Shown one piece after another: positions 41,701 through 53,630 of a stretch of 64,000 bases of DNA (positions within the stretch are counted from its first letter, which is position 1; the number at the start of each line of letters is the position of its first letter). The notes beneath the pieces were generated by a model. It saw only the letters and a program-made list of their open reading frames with translations, had not been told where the DNA came from and ran no database searches. The DNA lies in the NCBI RefSeq assembly GCF_006345805.1, contig NC_042999.1:51398001-51462000 (forward strand). The letters run 5' to 3'. The translations under genes were made by a program, and so were the position numbers. Source of the stretch: Octopus sinensis. Its lineage: Eukaryota.

Positions 41701-44700
41701 GTTTTACTTGACTCAATCGGTCTCCTCAAGCATGACGTGTTACCTGACAATTCAAAGGTACTTTTTAAATGGGCTGGCTATGCAACACTGGTATAGGCTA
41801 CAGATGTGAGCTCACTTTACTTGCTGGGTTTTCTCAGTCACAGCATATCTCCAGAGGTCTCAGTCTTTTGGCATTGTCTCTGTGAAGCCTAACGTCCAAC
41901 GGTTGTGCTTCACCACCTCATCCCATGTCCTCCAAATAATAATAATAATCTTTTCTACTCTAGGCACAAGGCCTGAAATTGCAGGGGAGGGGGCTAGTGA
42001 ATTACATCGACCCCAGTGTGTAACTGGTACCCATTTAATCATCCCCAAAAGGATGAAAGATAAAGTCAACCTCAGTGGAATTTGAACTCAGACCATAAAG
42101 ATGGATTAAATGCTGCAAAGTATTTCGCCCAGAGTGCTAATGATTCTGCCAGCTCACTGCCTTAATAATAATAGTTTCATCCACTACACTCTTGGAGTGG
42201 TTGATGTTGGAAAGGTCATCCAGCTGTAGAAACCATGCCAGAAACTAGAACCTGACTCATGGTTGCCTGTAATGGAGTACATTCTGATCATGTTTTCCAG
42301 TCTAAGGATTTGTTATCTCATCAGACTGAGACCCTGAAAAAGATCATGAGTATTGTCCCTTTTTAATCTATTAAAACATGATAATACTCTTTTACTGTTT
42401 TACTTGTTTCAGTCATTTGACTGCGGCCATGCTGGAGCACCGCCTTTAGTCGGGCAATTCAACCCCGGGACTTATTCTTTGTAAGCCCAGTACTTATTCT
42501 ATCGGTCTCTTTTGCCGAACTGCTAAGTGATGGGGACGTAAACACACCAGCATCGGTTGTCAAGCAATGCTAAGGGGACAAACACAGGCACACAAACACA
42601 CACACATATATATATATATATAAACGACAGGCTTCTTTCAGTTTCTGTCTACCAAATCCACTCACAAGGTATTGGTCGGCCCGGGGCTATAGCAGAAGAC
42701 ACTTGCCCAATATGCCACGCAGTGGGACTGAACCCGGAACCATGTAGTTGGTTAGCAAGCTACTTACCACACAGCCACTCCTGCGCCTAATACAACAATA
42801 AAAAACCGAAAAGAAATCTACCCAAGTGATTGAAACTTGTAATACAAATCAACCTCACAGGCATCAAGCTGTCACTTCATTTAACTTTCTCTACTGCTTC
42901 TACAATGGCCTCTGTTCCTTGAAGACAACTGGTTATGTATCCCCCACCCACCAACACTCATTTCCCTTCCACTTGTCACCTGTTCTGTGTCATACACATA
43001 CACAGGGCCCCCATACTACTCCTATTTTTTTCCCCTTTATCCCTCTGGAATTTCCTCCCCATTCTGTCTTTTTTTTTTTTTACAGTCGTCAATCATTAGT
43101 TGTATTAACAACGACAGTGATCTGACCTGACTAGGTCACAAATACAGACCCTTCATGCTAACCAAATCTTAAAAAAACAAAGTTGTAGTGTTGGGTTAGA
43201 GCAAAATTTAAACATTTAGCATTGAACATTAAAAGCAATACCTACTGACTACATGGAAGATGGCATCACAAGCACTGATATTTGAAAGGAAAGCATTTCC
43301 GAGTCCCTTCCCCTCATGTGCTCCTTGGACAAGACCAGCAATATCAACAACATTCAGGAAAGCTGGAACTTTACTACAAAATGAAAAAAAACAATATAAA
43401 TATGAAATAAAACATTTTTTACCAATTTGTTTGGCTGGAGACACAAAACATCAGGAACAATGGAGTACTGATGACACTGTACATTGCGTTATCACTGATT
43501 TAATTGTTAACCATCCAACCCATGCTAGCATGGAAAGCGGATGTTAAACGATGACGATGATGAAGGTATCCAAGGAAATTTCCTTTCACTCCTTTAACCC
43601 TTTAGTGTTTAAACCGGCCAAATCCGGCCCAATATATTCTACATTTTTATATTCAAACTGGCGATATCTAGCCTCTCACTCCTAACCTACAATGCTATTC
43701 TGAAAATAAACAATCACATCATTGAAACCTCAAAGCTATAAGATAATGCATGATTAATTCAAAACAATTTGAGTGAAAAAGTATTACATTTAACAGAGTA
43801 ATCTGAACACTAAAGGGTTAAATTGTCACCTCTCTCTTTCTCTCTGTATGTGTACACACACACACCATTCATTATTGGTTTTGGACAGAACTGGTAATGA
43901 TGACACATACCTGAAGTTGTTTGGTAAAAACTAAAACATGTCTACAGTCATTAACCCTATCAATTTAAATTTCTGAGTTGTCTCCTCTATCCTTCTTAAT
44001 CAGAATTAATCATTATGCAAATCAGTTTTTTTGTCTCATTATGGTGTAAATTAAATTAAAATGTTGGTGTTCATTGCATTAATTAGTTAGCACTGATTAA
44101 ATATGAATTAATAGCACAGTATCTTAACATCACAACTGCTGTACTACTGGGACTTTATATTTACAGAGAGAAAGAGAGAGAAAGCTGAATGGCTAAGTAG
44201 TAATGGACTATCAACTGCTATGTGAAAGAGTCAGCAATGATGTTTCAGTGTATTCCATGACTCCTCAGACTTAAATGTTTCCTGGACAATGGCCACCTCC
44301 TTGATCCAGCTGGCTTACAGGTCGAATCCTTTGTTACTATGGATATATGTTCTACTAAACAGTCTCTTGTCAGACCTAATATCCCAGACGGTATTTTTAA
44401 AATGGTCTTGATGTAGAAGATACTGGCTTAGTGGAGGAGACATAACCATGATGGAGATGACATGAACTTGATAGAAGGGGCATAATCCTGAAGGAAGGAA
44501 CATGACCTTGGTAGAGAGGTGCATGACCTTGGTGAAGAAAGTATTACCCTGGAGAGTGTATATCTCTGGACATACTCTAGTTAACAGTAACACAAAGAGC
44601 AGTGAATCAGTGGTTATAGTATAGAGCCGAATGAATCTTTACACACAATCAATAAGATTTAGGGGTGGCCTAAGAAAGGTGATGCTTATATACAAATAAC

Positions 44701-46523
44701 TACACATTTTTTTTACTTTGGTTGTCAGTCCTTAAAACAATAACCATTCTTGTTTTATTTTTTGCAGAATAATTGACTTTGAAATATTTGGAATCCCCAG
44801 TTTCCAATTTGTGGAAGAGACATGGAGTTCTCCTTGGAATCTGTGCTGGAAGGACAAAGAAGGAGATTTCACATTTCCTCAATGTCAGCAGAAGGATGGT
44901 GGAAAAGGTCAGAAAGGGGATGGAAGATTCAGGATACAACAGTAGAGAGGAAAACCTATAATCAACTGATCTGATGCTATCAGAACACTGCAACTTGTTG
45001 CTGGAATCCAGGAGATCATTAACAATGATCCTAGCAAGTCAGGGTGTGACACTGCACAGGAGAAAGGTGTGGGTGAAAAGCTCATCAGGCAGGTGGTGCA
45101 TGAAGACATTCCCTACTTTCCATGCATAAGATCTGGTCATCAAATCTAAGTAGAGACTTCAAACTTGAAATCTTCAAAGCCACAGTCGAACCAATTCTAC
45201 TATATGGCTCAGAAACCTGGACGTTATCAAAGAAGCTTGAGAGGCGGTTGGATGGAACCTACACTCGCCTCCTTATGAGAGCTCAAAATCTCTCGTGGAA
45301 GCGTCATCCAACCAAAATGCAAATATATGGGAAACTACCACCTGTGTCATCTCTTGTGAAAGGTAGGAGAGTCCAGTTTGCTGGACGTTGTTGTAGAGCT
45401 GAAAACGAGGCAATTTCTACTCTTCTCCTCTGGAAGCCATCTACTCGCAATACCAGAGGGCGCACACTCTCCTACCCTGATGTAATCTCCAGGGATACAG
45501 GCATCCAGCAACAGGACCTCCGTAATGCCATGATGGACCGTGAAGTCTGGTGCAGCATGGTAAATTCCAATGTGTCGACCACGGTCAAACAATGATGATG
45601 ATGATGACTTTCCAGACATGATGAAGAGGAGACAATTTCTGTCCAAGACAATGTGAGGAAAGTGACTCAGGCACACCAAGAAGCTGATCAACAAGGTGAA
45701 ATACCTGATGGAGCCAGATATGCTGTGGTTCTTCTCTGAATTTCTGCCAAGACCAGAAGATCAACTCCCAGAAGAGCAGGTGGCTGGCTGTCTCACACAA
45801 GGACGTGCAGAGTCATGCACATGAATGTCCATCTTCCATGCATGCATTGGTAGGACGGTTGTCAGGAACCGGCCAGGTAGAAAAACTATTCTAGGCTATT
45901 GTGTCTGTTTCGGTAGGGATTTTACAGCTGGATGCCCTTCCTAACACCAACCACTCCACCGAGTGGACTCAGTGCTTTTTCGTGTGGCACTAGCACAGGC
46001 AAGGTTAGTTTTGGCATGATTTTTACAGCTGGATGCCCTTCCAGACACCAACCACATTGCAGTGTGGACTGGATGCTTTTAACGTAGCACCAGCACTCAT
46101 CATCATCATTGTTTGACCGTGGTCGAGACAATGGAATTTACCATGCTACGCCAGACTTCACGGTCCATCATGGCATTACGAAGGTCCTGTTGCTGGATGC
46201 CTGTATCCCTGGAGATTACATCAGGGTAGGAGAGTGTGCGCCCTCTGGTATTGCGAGTAGATGGCTTCCAGAGGGTAAGCAAGTAACTTGCAAGACAAGG
46301 AATTGTGAGATGGGCAGGGGGCATTTGAAGAGAGGAACTTGTTTCAGAGGATGAAAGTTTAGAGTGTAACCGAGAGACAGAAGTAGGTGTCTTGCCACAA
46401 CAGAGGGGACATTAGAGGAGGAGGTATTCCAGTATCAGATGATGAAAGGTTAGAGTGTAACAGAGAAATAGAGAGGCAGAAATAGGTATCTTGCTATAGA
46501 GGCGGTACATGGTTACTAAGGGA

Positions 46524-46554
<31 letters not shown>

Positions 46555-49500
46555 GAGGGCCAGAAAGAAGTGTGCTGATGGAAAGGAGATACTTGGTTAC
46601 CTAGTCAGAGGAAAAACAAGAGGAGAGAGTAGGAAACAGCAAAAGAGCAAGAGAGAGCAGAAGAGAGAGGGTGTAGTGCCGAAGTATACTCACAAGGAAC
46701 AAGGATCCGAGCATAGAACCTGGGTACAAAAATAGGGTGTGTGTGGTGGGTAGAGGAAGCAGCAATACAGTGAGCAGAGCAGTGAGAGCAAGAATGGGGA
46801 TTGGAAAACAATCATAGTTTATGAAGCAGGGATGTGAGGAAGAGAAAGATGCAGTTTAGAAGAGGAGATGTAATTTGGTTTCTTAGGATAGAGTGGGAAG
46901 AAAAGTGTGTTGTTACATGTGGTTGGGACACAACTCTTCTAGCACCCACTTTCATGGACAGGTCTTCTCTACAACCTTATATTGCCAAACATCTCATTCC
47001 ATTGTCATTTCCTCCGTAAGCGCCAACATCCTAAGATTGGTCCTCACCACTTCATCCCGTGTTTTCCTGGGTTTACCTCTTCCAAAGGTATCATCCACTT
47101 TCAGTGACAGGCATTTCTGTATACAGCTGTCTTCCCTCATATCCAAACCAACACATTCTCCTCTCCTGCATACCACATTTAATCCCTCTTATGCCTAACT
47201 TTTCTCTCAACACAGTTGTGCTTTGCCAGTCATGCACACTGATGTTGCAAATCCAACAGAGCATACTACCTTCATTTCTCTCCAGTCTACACATGTCCTC
47301 TGCAGTCAGAGCCCATGTCTCACTACCATGTAGCGTGTAGGAAAAGACCTTTGTTGCCAATAATGGTTGTAGTTCCCTGAACTTTTACCAACCTATTCTT
47401 ACTCTAGCTCAATATTTTCAGTAAAAAGCACTCAGTCCACTTTGTGGAGTGGCTGGTGTTAGGAAGGGCATCCAGCCATAATAACCCTGCCAAGACAGAC
47501 TCTGTAGCCTGGGGTAGTCTTATACCTGGTTGGCTCCTGTCAAACCATCCAACCCATTCCTACAAGGAAGGCGGACAATAAACAATGATGATGATAATGA
47601 TGATCAAGGTGGCGAGCTGGCAGAATCATTAGCACGCCGGGCGAAATGCGTAACCGTATTTCGTCTGCCGTTACGTTCTGAGTTCAAATTCCGCCAAGGT
47701 CAACTTTGCCTTTCATTCTTTCGGGGGTCGATAAATTAAGTACCAGTTACGCACTGGGGTCGATGTAATCGACTTAATCCATGTGTCTGTCCTTGTTTGT
47801 CCCCTCTATGTTTAGCCCCTTGTGGGTAATAAAGAAACAGATAATGATGATCAACCATCTCCTTTGCTGATCAAATCTCTCAGGTAACAAAAGCTATCAA
47901 CTACTTCCCTTCAAAGGAATCCATTTCCAGTTTGTTCATAGAAGATACAGCTCCACTGCATCTATCTCACATGAAGATTATGTCCTTTTTTGCTTTCTCT
48001 CTGTACACACATACACAAAATGCTTCTTTATCAAATCCGACAAGACTTGGTTAGTTGGCAGCCATAATAGAAGACATTTGACAAAAATGTCACACAGTAG
48101 GATTGAACCCAATATATCCTTTTTAAGTTTGTGGCCTCCCCTCCACCATCTTTGATGCCTTCCTGTTTCTTTATAATTCATTTTCTTTTCTTCCCATTAT
48201 TTATCTTCTCTCCAACGACTTCCTCTTCTATTTCTTGTATCATTTTGTCAGTGTATTAAGGAGGTATCTGTTGCTTTAAGGCGATGAGCTGGCAGAAACG
48301 TTAGCAGGCCGGGCGAAATGCTTAGCGGTATTTCGTCTGTCGCTACATTCTGAGTTCAAATTCCGCCGAGGTCGACTTTGCCTTTCATCCTTTCGGGGGT
48401 CGATTAAATAAGTACCAGTTATGCACTGGGGTCGATATAATCAACTTAATCCGTTTGTCTGTCCTTGTTTGTCCTCTCTGTGTTTAGCCCCTTGTGGGTA
48501 GTAAAGAAATAGGTATCTGTTGCTTTATACCAACAACCTTTCTTTACTGCCAGTCATCACTCCCTCTTCCACTAGCCACTTGCTATTGATATCCCTCACA
48601 TACCTTTACCATTGACCACCTCCACTGCTATCCATCACTCACTGACTGCCCCTTGTAGAAATTAGGCCAAAATTGGAACACATGAATGAGACATTGTCTT
48701 CCAGTCAGTCTAATAGTAACTCTGTACAAGAACTGACATGGAGTGTGATAAACTGTTCAACTAATGCCAGCATGGGAATGGATATAAAACAATGATGACT
48801 GTTGTGATTTTAGTTTTGATTACATGATTTTGATTTTCTTGATTGCTGTTACATGCCTGCAGTGCGACTGTGCAGAGTTCTGTTCTGTTTGCAAACAACA
48901 TGTTCAGCATTGATTTTATGCAACTCGCTGCATAAAAATGTTATTGCGTTGAAGTTTGGTTTTGCTTACAATTTAGCAATCTTTGTTTGTATTGTATATT
49001 GCTGTATTTTTAGTCGATTAGAACCTTTTAAACTTTGATATTCGAGTTTGGGTTTATAACAATTTAATCGACTAAATATAACGAGAGAGAGAGAGAGAGA
49101 GAAAATGGACAGCAAATTTATAAAACCAAATTTGTTCACCGCTAATCCAAATTTGAGTCAAGCTTCAAAAGAATGGAAATATTGGTTCAGAACTTTAAAA
49201 AATTTTTTAGAATCATTTCCTGCTGAACTGCCTATCACTGATGAAAGTAAACTTAGGTGTTTAATAGCGCTAGTAGATAAAGACATTTACGAACTTATAA
49301 GTGAATGTGAGAATTACTCAGAAGCAATTCAAACTCTGGAGAAACTGTACGTAAAACCTTTTAAACTTTGATATTCGAATTTGGGTTTATAACAATGATG
49401 ATATAAAACAAAAGTTTTAGGAAGAATTTGATAGACTCTTGACTGCTCTCTCAAAGTCAGAGAAAATTATCCATGTTGCTGACTTCAACTATAGTTGGAG

Positions 49501-52500
49501 TTGGCCAAATATCATGGAAGTCACTGATAGACATGGCACTGAAAGCTGCAACAGAAATAAGATGGACTTATCTTAAAGGATCCCACCTCATCACTGTCGA
49601 AAATAATGTACCACCTGCCCGTCTGCAACAAGATGTAGTGCATACACACCCACTCTCAAAAGTGGTATCTGCTGGGATGAGAAATTGGTGGGATTTAAGG
49701 AGGTCAAGGGTGTGAAGCAAACTGCAGGGTAAATCATTAATGGATCATGTTGAAAATGAACATGCACATCCAATCCAAAAAGACCCCAGGCACAGAAGAT
49801 ACTCGAGAGACTTAACAGGACTAATGACAATCTCAGCTAATTTCTTCACAGGCTTAAATAACAGAAGAATTCAGACTCCACTGAAACAAGGCAGCATTGA
49901 AAAACAATCATCTCCTTCAAGGACATTGTCAACCTAACTGCTCAGAACATGTTGGAACAACCAGGACCAGTTCACTGAAAATGATGAAAAGATCAAGGTC
50001 TATAGGCAGAGTAGAATCAACATCTTTGGTACCAAAGTAGTCAATAAGAAAGCAGCAGAATTCCCCAAGATCTGCCATACAGTGGATTGAGGATTTTAAG
50101 AATCCTAGCTCAGCAGTAAGGCAGACAACCAAGGTCTGAAGTAATTCTATGATGAACTGAAGTTTACCCATTTGCCCAAGGGCCATGACCCACTCCTCAG
50201 TGCTGGCATCCAAACATTGGTCACAGAGAAATGGTAGATACTGAAGCAATGGCTAGAACACTGGTAATGTGCCCAACCATCAGGAAGGTTACTGACTGTC
50301 TGTCACAGGTAGAGACGAACCATGAGCTTCACTTCCCACCCTTACTTGCAGAAGTCATAAAAGTAATCTCATAGATGTTCTGTAGCTAGGTTCCTGCAGA
50401 GATGTGTAAAGCAGATGAGATGGTCACTCTTGTACAGCTACCAATAATATCTATGTCTATAAAAGAAAAGGGAACTGCTAGATATGTGACAACCACAGAG
50501 CAATCTCCCCACTGTCTCTTGCTAGCAAAAATCCGGCTCAGCCAACCCTTAGGAAACAAGCATAAGAACTGTCCCTGGTTTTATGCTTTTTTCTCAAACT
50601 CTATTTTGATTTTTCCAAATATTGTCATTAGTTTGTTTCATTAATGAGAGGTTTTATAAAATCTCTCAGATTAATTGAATCCCCATTTCATGGTCATGTG
50701 ATCATATGTATGGATTATTCTGTACGAGACAGAACACCTGTATACTTCATAGCCAAGAAATATTCCACCTTTTGTATAATTAATTAGCACAGCTAATTAG
50801 CTCTCACAGGCAACTTGCAATGTCTCTATATTGTGATGTTAAAACAAAATATCGGTGTTAAAGGAAGGTCTGGGAGTAATTAAAACATATGAATCAAAAG
50901 ACCAAGTCTTTGGTGTCATTCATATGTTAATGATAAGTGGCAAATAATTAAAAATAGGGAATAAACGAAAGAGTAATCTTTATGGGATGCTTACCTGGCA
51001 GGTTTGTAGAACTCACAAAGGTAATCAAATCTCTCATCTGGCACTGCAACACGACCTATACAAAAGAGAACATTGCTGAAGAAATGATGGAAGCAACTAA
51101 ATCAAACAGTATATTCTAGCTAATTAACCAATTCAGTTAGTTTGAGAGTTAGATTTAGGGGCACTATAATACCATTATGTGCGCAAATGAAAGAGCATTC
51201 AATACACTGTGTAGAGTTTACAGACAAACAATTGAATGCCAATAATCTGTTTCATGTGTTGAAAAGTGTGTCTCTTCAATCGGACGTTCAGCCTGAGAGA
51301 ATACTTTAGCCTCATTGGACTTGAAAGGCAGGTCCTTATTGGTTGTTGGTGATATTGGTAAACATTGGTTGAGATGGGGTCATGTCACTGAAATTGTTGC
51401 AGGCTACTGATGCAAGCCACTACTGAAGGCTATGACAATGCAAAGGAAGCAACTGGGCCAAGATACCCATTCATTACCAAAGACTTTCACTTGTTTCCTC
51501 TGTTGTTGCAGTTACTGGCTAACACTATTTTCTGACAAAGTGCTTGTCAGTGACTATAACTGAAAATCAATTTGGATTTTCTGATGACGGACATTGCAGA
51601 ATATGCAGTTTCTCAGACAGATATACTCTGCAGCTACAAAAATCAAATTACTGTATGAAGAAGCTGTTGGCACGACGGGATCCAAACATATCAATAATCA
51701 ATAAGGACCTATCTTGTTTTCAAGTCACATGCTGTTAAAACTTCATTCAGAGTGAATACCTGAATTATTAAGACACATTTTATATTGTTTAAGCCAACAA
51801 CTGTTTATTTATAGACAATTTAAGGCAGATTATTCCAATTCACTTATCCCACTTTAACAGTGAATCCCACTAAAAAAATATTATTAAAAATACTAAAAAA
51901 AGAAATGGCTACTTACTTTCATTTGGGTCTATAGTACAAAATGGAAAATTTTCTGCTGAGGCTTGGCTTTTAGTGAGAACGTTGAAAAATGATGACTTCC
52001 TAAATGAAAGAAGATGAAAATGAATTTGAAAATGTTTAATACTACTTGACCATTAGGGGTCACATGTAGCCATTTGGAGCAACTGTCTTTCAACACAAAT
52101 GTTCAAAATGAAATAAACAAAAGACTAAACTAAGTGAACAGCAGAAAAACTTTACTCTTTACTCTTTTACTCTTTTACTTGTTTCTGTCATTTGACTGCG
52201 GCCATGCTGGAGCACCGCCTTTTTAGTCGAGCAAATCGACCCCGGGACTTATTCTTTGTAAGCCCAGTACTTATTCTATTGGTCTCTTTTGCTGAACCGC
52301 TAAGTGACAGGGACGTAAACACACCAGCACCGGTTGTCAAGCAATGCTAGGGGGACAAACACAGACACACAAACACACACACACATATATATATATACAT
52401 ATATACGACAGGCTTCTTTCAGTTTCCGTCTACCAAATCCACTCACAAGGCATTGGTTGGCCCGGGGCTATAGCAGAAGACACTTGCCCAAGATGCCACG

Positions 52501-53512
52501 CATTGGGACTGAACTCGGAACCATGTGGTTGGTAAGCAAGCTACTTACCACACAGCCACTCCTGCGCCTATTTGAAAAAATGTTTCTTCTTATTTCAAAA
52601 CAGTGACAAATTAATTAGTGTTCTCTAATTGTGGAAGGAACCTGTGGAAGAGGTAGACCCAGAAAGACAGGGGACAAGGAGATGAAATGTGATCTTCGGA
52701 CGTTGAGTCTCAGAGAGGCAATGACAAGTGACTGAGACTTCTGGCAAATCGCTTGGGAAGATGTGTCAAGCTCAGTGAAATTGTGGTCGTGGCCTAATGA
52801 TGGAGATGTGTGAATGGCATCCAAGTCCATGACATGTAAACGCATCCAGTACACACTCTATGGTGTGGCTGGTGTTAGGAAGGGCATCCAGCTGTAGAAA
52901 CCAAACCAAAACAGACTGGAGCCTGGTGCAGCTCCCTGACTTACAACCTTCAGTCAAACCATCTAACCCCTGCTAGCATGGAAAACAGACATCAAATGAC
53001 AATGATGATGTTATTCTTCTTTACTTCAAGTATTAAGAAAGTCAGTCCTGTATTAGATAATTCAAGAAGTTTGATCACAAATCTGGGTAGTTTAATTTTT
53101 CTAATTTTTATTTACATAGAAGATGCAAGGAAGGGCATCCAGCTGTAGAAACACTGCCAGATCTGACTGGCCTGGTGCAGCCTTCGGGCTTCCCAGATCC
53201 CAGTTGAACCGTCCAACCCATGCTAGCATGGAAAGCAGACATTAAACGATGATGATGATGATGATGAAGATAAAGAATGCACTTATTGGTTTCTGAAAGA
53301 ATTATGATAATCAATATGATGAAGTTAAAAAGAACAGTTTTATTTCATTGATTTACTTTCAACTGATGAATATGTCCACATAAATTCAATAATGTTTATC
53401 TTGCCCCAACTTACCCAACATTAGGAAGACCAACAATTCCAATTTTTAAATTAGTGCCAACTCGACCAATTAGAGGAGGAATCTGAGCTTCTTCTTTCTT
53501 TTTTGGTGCCAT
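26873..53512 (-). CDS. OLA1: Obg-like ATPase 1 (YchF family), whole spliced CDS: 11 coding exons, 1188 nt, 395 aa
   Basis: Exons assembled by hand with GT-AG boundaries and matching phases (98+83+61+128+176+75+98+141+97+123+108 nt). Motifs: P-loop [30 protein letters not shown]4-like NLSE, and TGS/YchF C-terminus [17 protein letters not shown]...YIVEDGDI. Confidence 0.97.
27480..28540 (+). mobile_element. Penelope-like element fragment with GIY-YIG endonuclease
   Basis: IIWFNP...LDRHFPK...NRYNVKLAY and [12 protein letters not shown]...YIYVGGT...NHLTSF...WSII. Confidence 0.8.
31365..32616 (-). mobile_element. Helitron relic with Rep/helicase fragment, interrupted by a SINE
   Basis: [20 protein letters not shown] (32100-32350); 3' hairpin cccagc..gctggg and CTTG end at 31365; 5' boundary approximate. 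Confidence 0.7.
33822..33944 (-). CDS. OLA1: OLA1 coding exon 10 ([26 protein letters not shown]...VAVK)
   Basis: [17 protein letters not shown] motif; canonical splice sites. Confidence 0.95.
34594..34690 (-). CDS. OLA1: OLA1 coding exon 9 ([33 protein letters not shown])
   Basis: YFFT.G.DEV.AWTI motif; acceptor cacag, donor gtaagt. Confidence 0.95.
34794..34895 (+). mobile_element. tRNA-derived SINE head, family C
   Basis: tggcccagtggttagggcagcggactcgcgg...ggtttcgattcc...tttattgagcgaaaaca; body of the same family at 55725-56030(-). Confidence 0.7.
35000..35720 (+). mobile_element. Highly degraded Jockey/CR1-like LINE
   Basis: [17 protein letters not shown]...SSYRAITS resembles LK.C.PEL.P.L..LF...NYRPIS. 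Confidence 0.45.
37370..37510 (-). CDS. OLA1: OLA1 coding exon 8 ([25 protein letters not shown]...EAGTT)
   Basis: IPFS.ALE motif; acceptor gaaag, donor gtcagt. Confidence 0.93.
37790..38230 (-). mobile_element. CR1-clade LINE 3' end
   Basis: Near-identical to 22605-23050. Confidence 0.85.
38677..39070 (-). mobile_element. RTE LINE 3' end (separate family, (CAAGT)n tail)
   Basis: [12 protein letters not shown]...[21 protein letters not shown]. Confidence 0.8.
39823..39920 (-). CDS. OLA1: OLA1 coding exon 7 ([33 protein letters not shown])
   Basis: LTAKP...NLSE motif; donor gtaagt. Confidence 0.95.
40049..40123 (-). CDS. OLA1: OLA1 coding exon 6 ([25 protein letters not shown])
   Basis: Acceptor taccag, donor gtgagt, phase 0 to phase 0. 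Confidence 0.9.
40265..40440 (-). CDS. OLA1: OLA1 coding exon 5 ([32 protein letters not shown]...KKKKPEY)
   Basis: HVEG.VDP.RD motif; canonical splice sites. Confidence 0.95.
40790..41290 (+). mobile_element. R4/Dong-like RLE non-LTR 3' remnant
   Basis: [11 protein letters not shown]...[13 protein letters not shown]...KWYEH and IPVIIGVLG...[15 protein letters not shown]. Confidence 0.7.
43246..43373 (-). CDS. OLA1: OLA1 coding exon 4 ([42 protein letters not shown])
   Basis: G3 DIAG motif; acceptor ttgtag, donor gtaggt. Confidence 0.95.
43594..43821. mobile_element. TTAA MITE, same family as 166-394
   Basis: ttaaccctttagtg...cactaaagggttaa. Confidence 0.85.
44770..45830 (+). mobile_element. 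Tc1/mariner-superfamily transposase N-terminal relic, interrupted by an RTE insertion
   Basis: [34 protein letters not shown]...[10 protein letters not shown], resuming after 45614 (..[21 protein letters not shown]). Confidence 0.6.
45123..45606 (+). mobile_element. Young 5'-truncated RTE insertion with open frame to the stop and (GAT)n tail
   Basis: [10 protein letters not shown]...[10 protein letters not shown]...RRVQFAG; 8-bp TSD actttcca at 45115-45122 and 45607-45614. Confidence 0.9.
46098..46274 (-). mobile_element. Inverted 3' fragment of the same young RTE
   Basis: Reverse-complement match to ~45427-45606. Confidence 0.88.
48800..49394 (+). mobile_element. Internally deleted LTR retrotransposon: 5' LTR (48800-49061), gag N-terminus (49105-49358), last ~40 bp of the 3' LTR
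   Basis: TG...CA LTR; aaccttttaaactttgatattcga.tttgggtttataaca repeated at 49022-49061 and 49355-49394; flanks atgac/atgat; gag-like [16 protein letters not shown]...[15 protein letters not shown]. Confidence 0.8.
50995..51055 (-). CDS. OLA1: OLA1 coding exon 3 ([20 protein letters not shown])
   Basis: Acceptor tatag, donor gtaagc. Confidence 0.95.
51917..51999 (-). CDS. OLA1: OLA1 coding exon 2 ([27 protein letters not shown])
   Basis: AG acceptor, donor gtaagt, phase 2 to phase 1. Confidence 0.95.
53415..53512 (-). CDS. OLA1: OLA1 coding exon 1 ([33 protein letters not shown])
   Basis: ATG at 53512 preceded by acceptor ttccag|a; donor GG|gtaag. Confidence 0.95.
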
Positions 53513-53630
53513 TCTGGAAGATAAGATTTATCAATTATTAGAATTAACTTCAAAACAAAGATCTAATAACATAACAGCACTGTAACAGCATTGTATCACA
53601 ATAATTTAACATAGTGATGTAACATAGTAA

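Noticed and set aside
42285-42335. Second hammerhead-like CTGATGA...GAAA on the minus strand
   Set aside because: No pairing stem II between the two core motifs.
49440-50640. Possible nested gene in an OLA1 intron
   Set aside because: Short, stop-ridden frames; more likely a very old LINE remnant that I cannot classify.
51985-51999. OLA1 P-loop reading GKSS rather than GKST
   Set aside because: The essential GKS is intact; a conservative change is not evidence of altered function.
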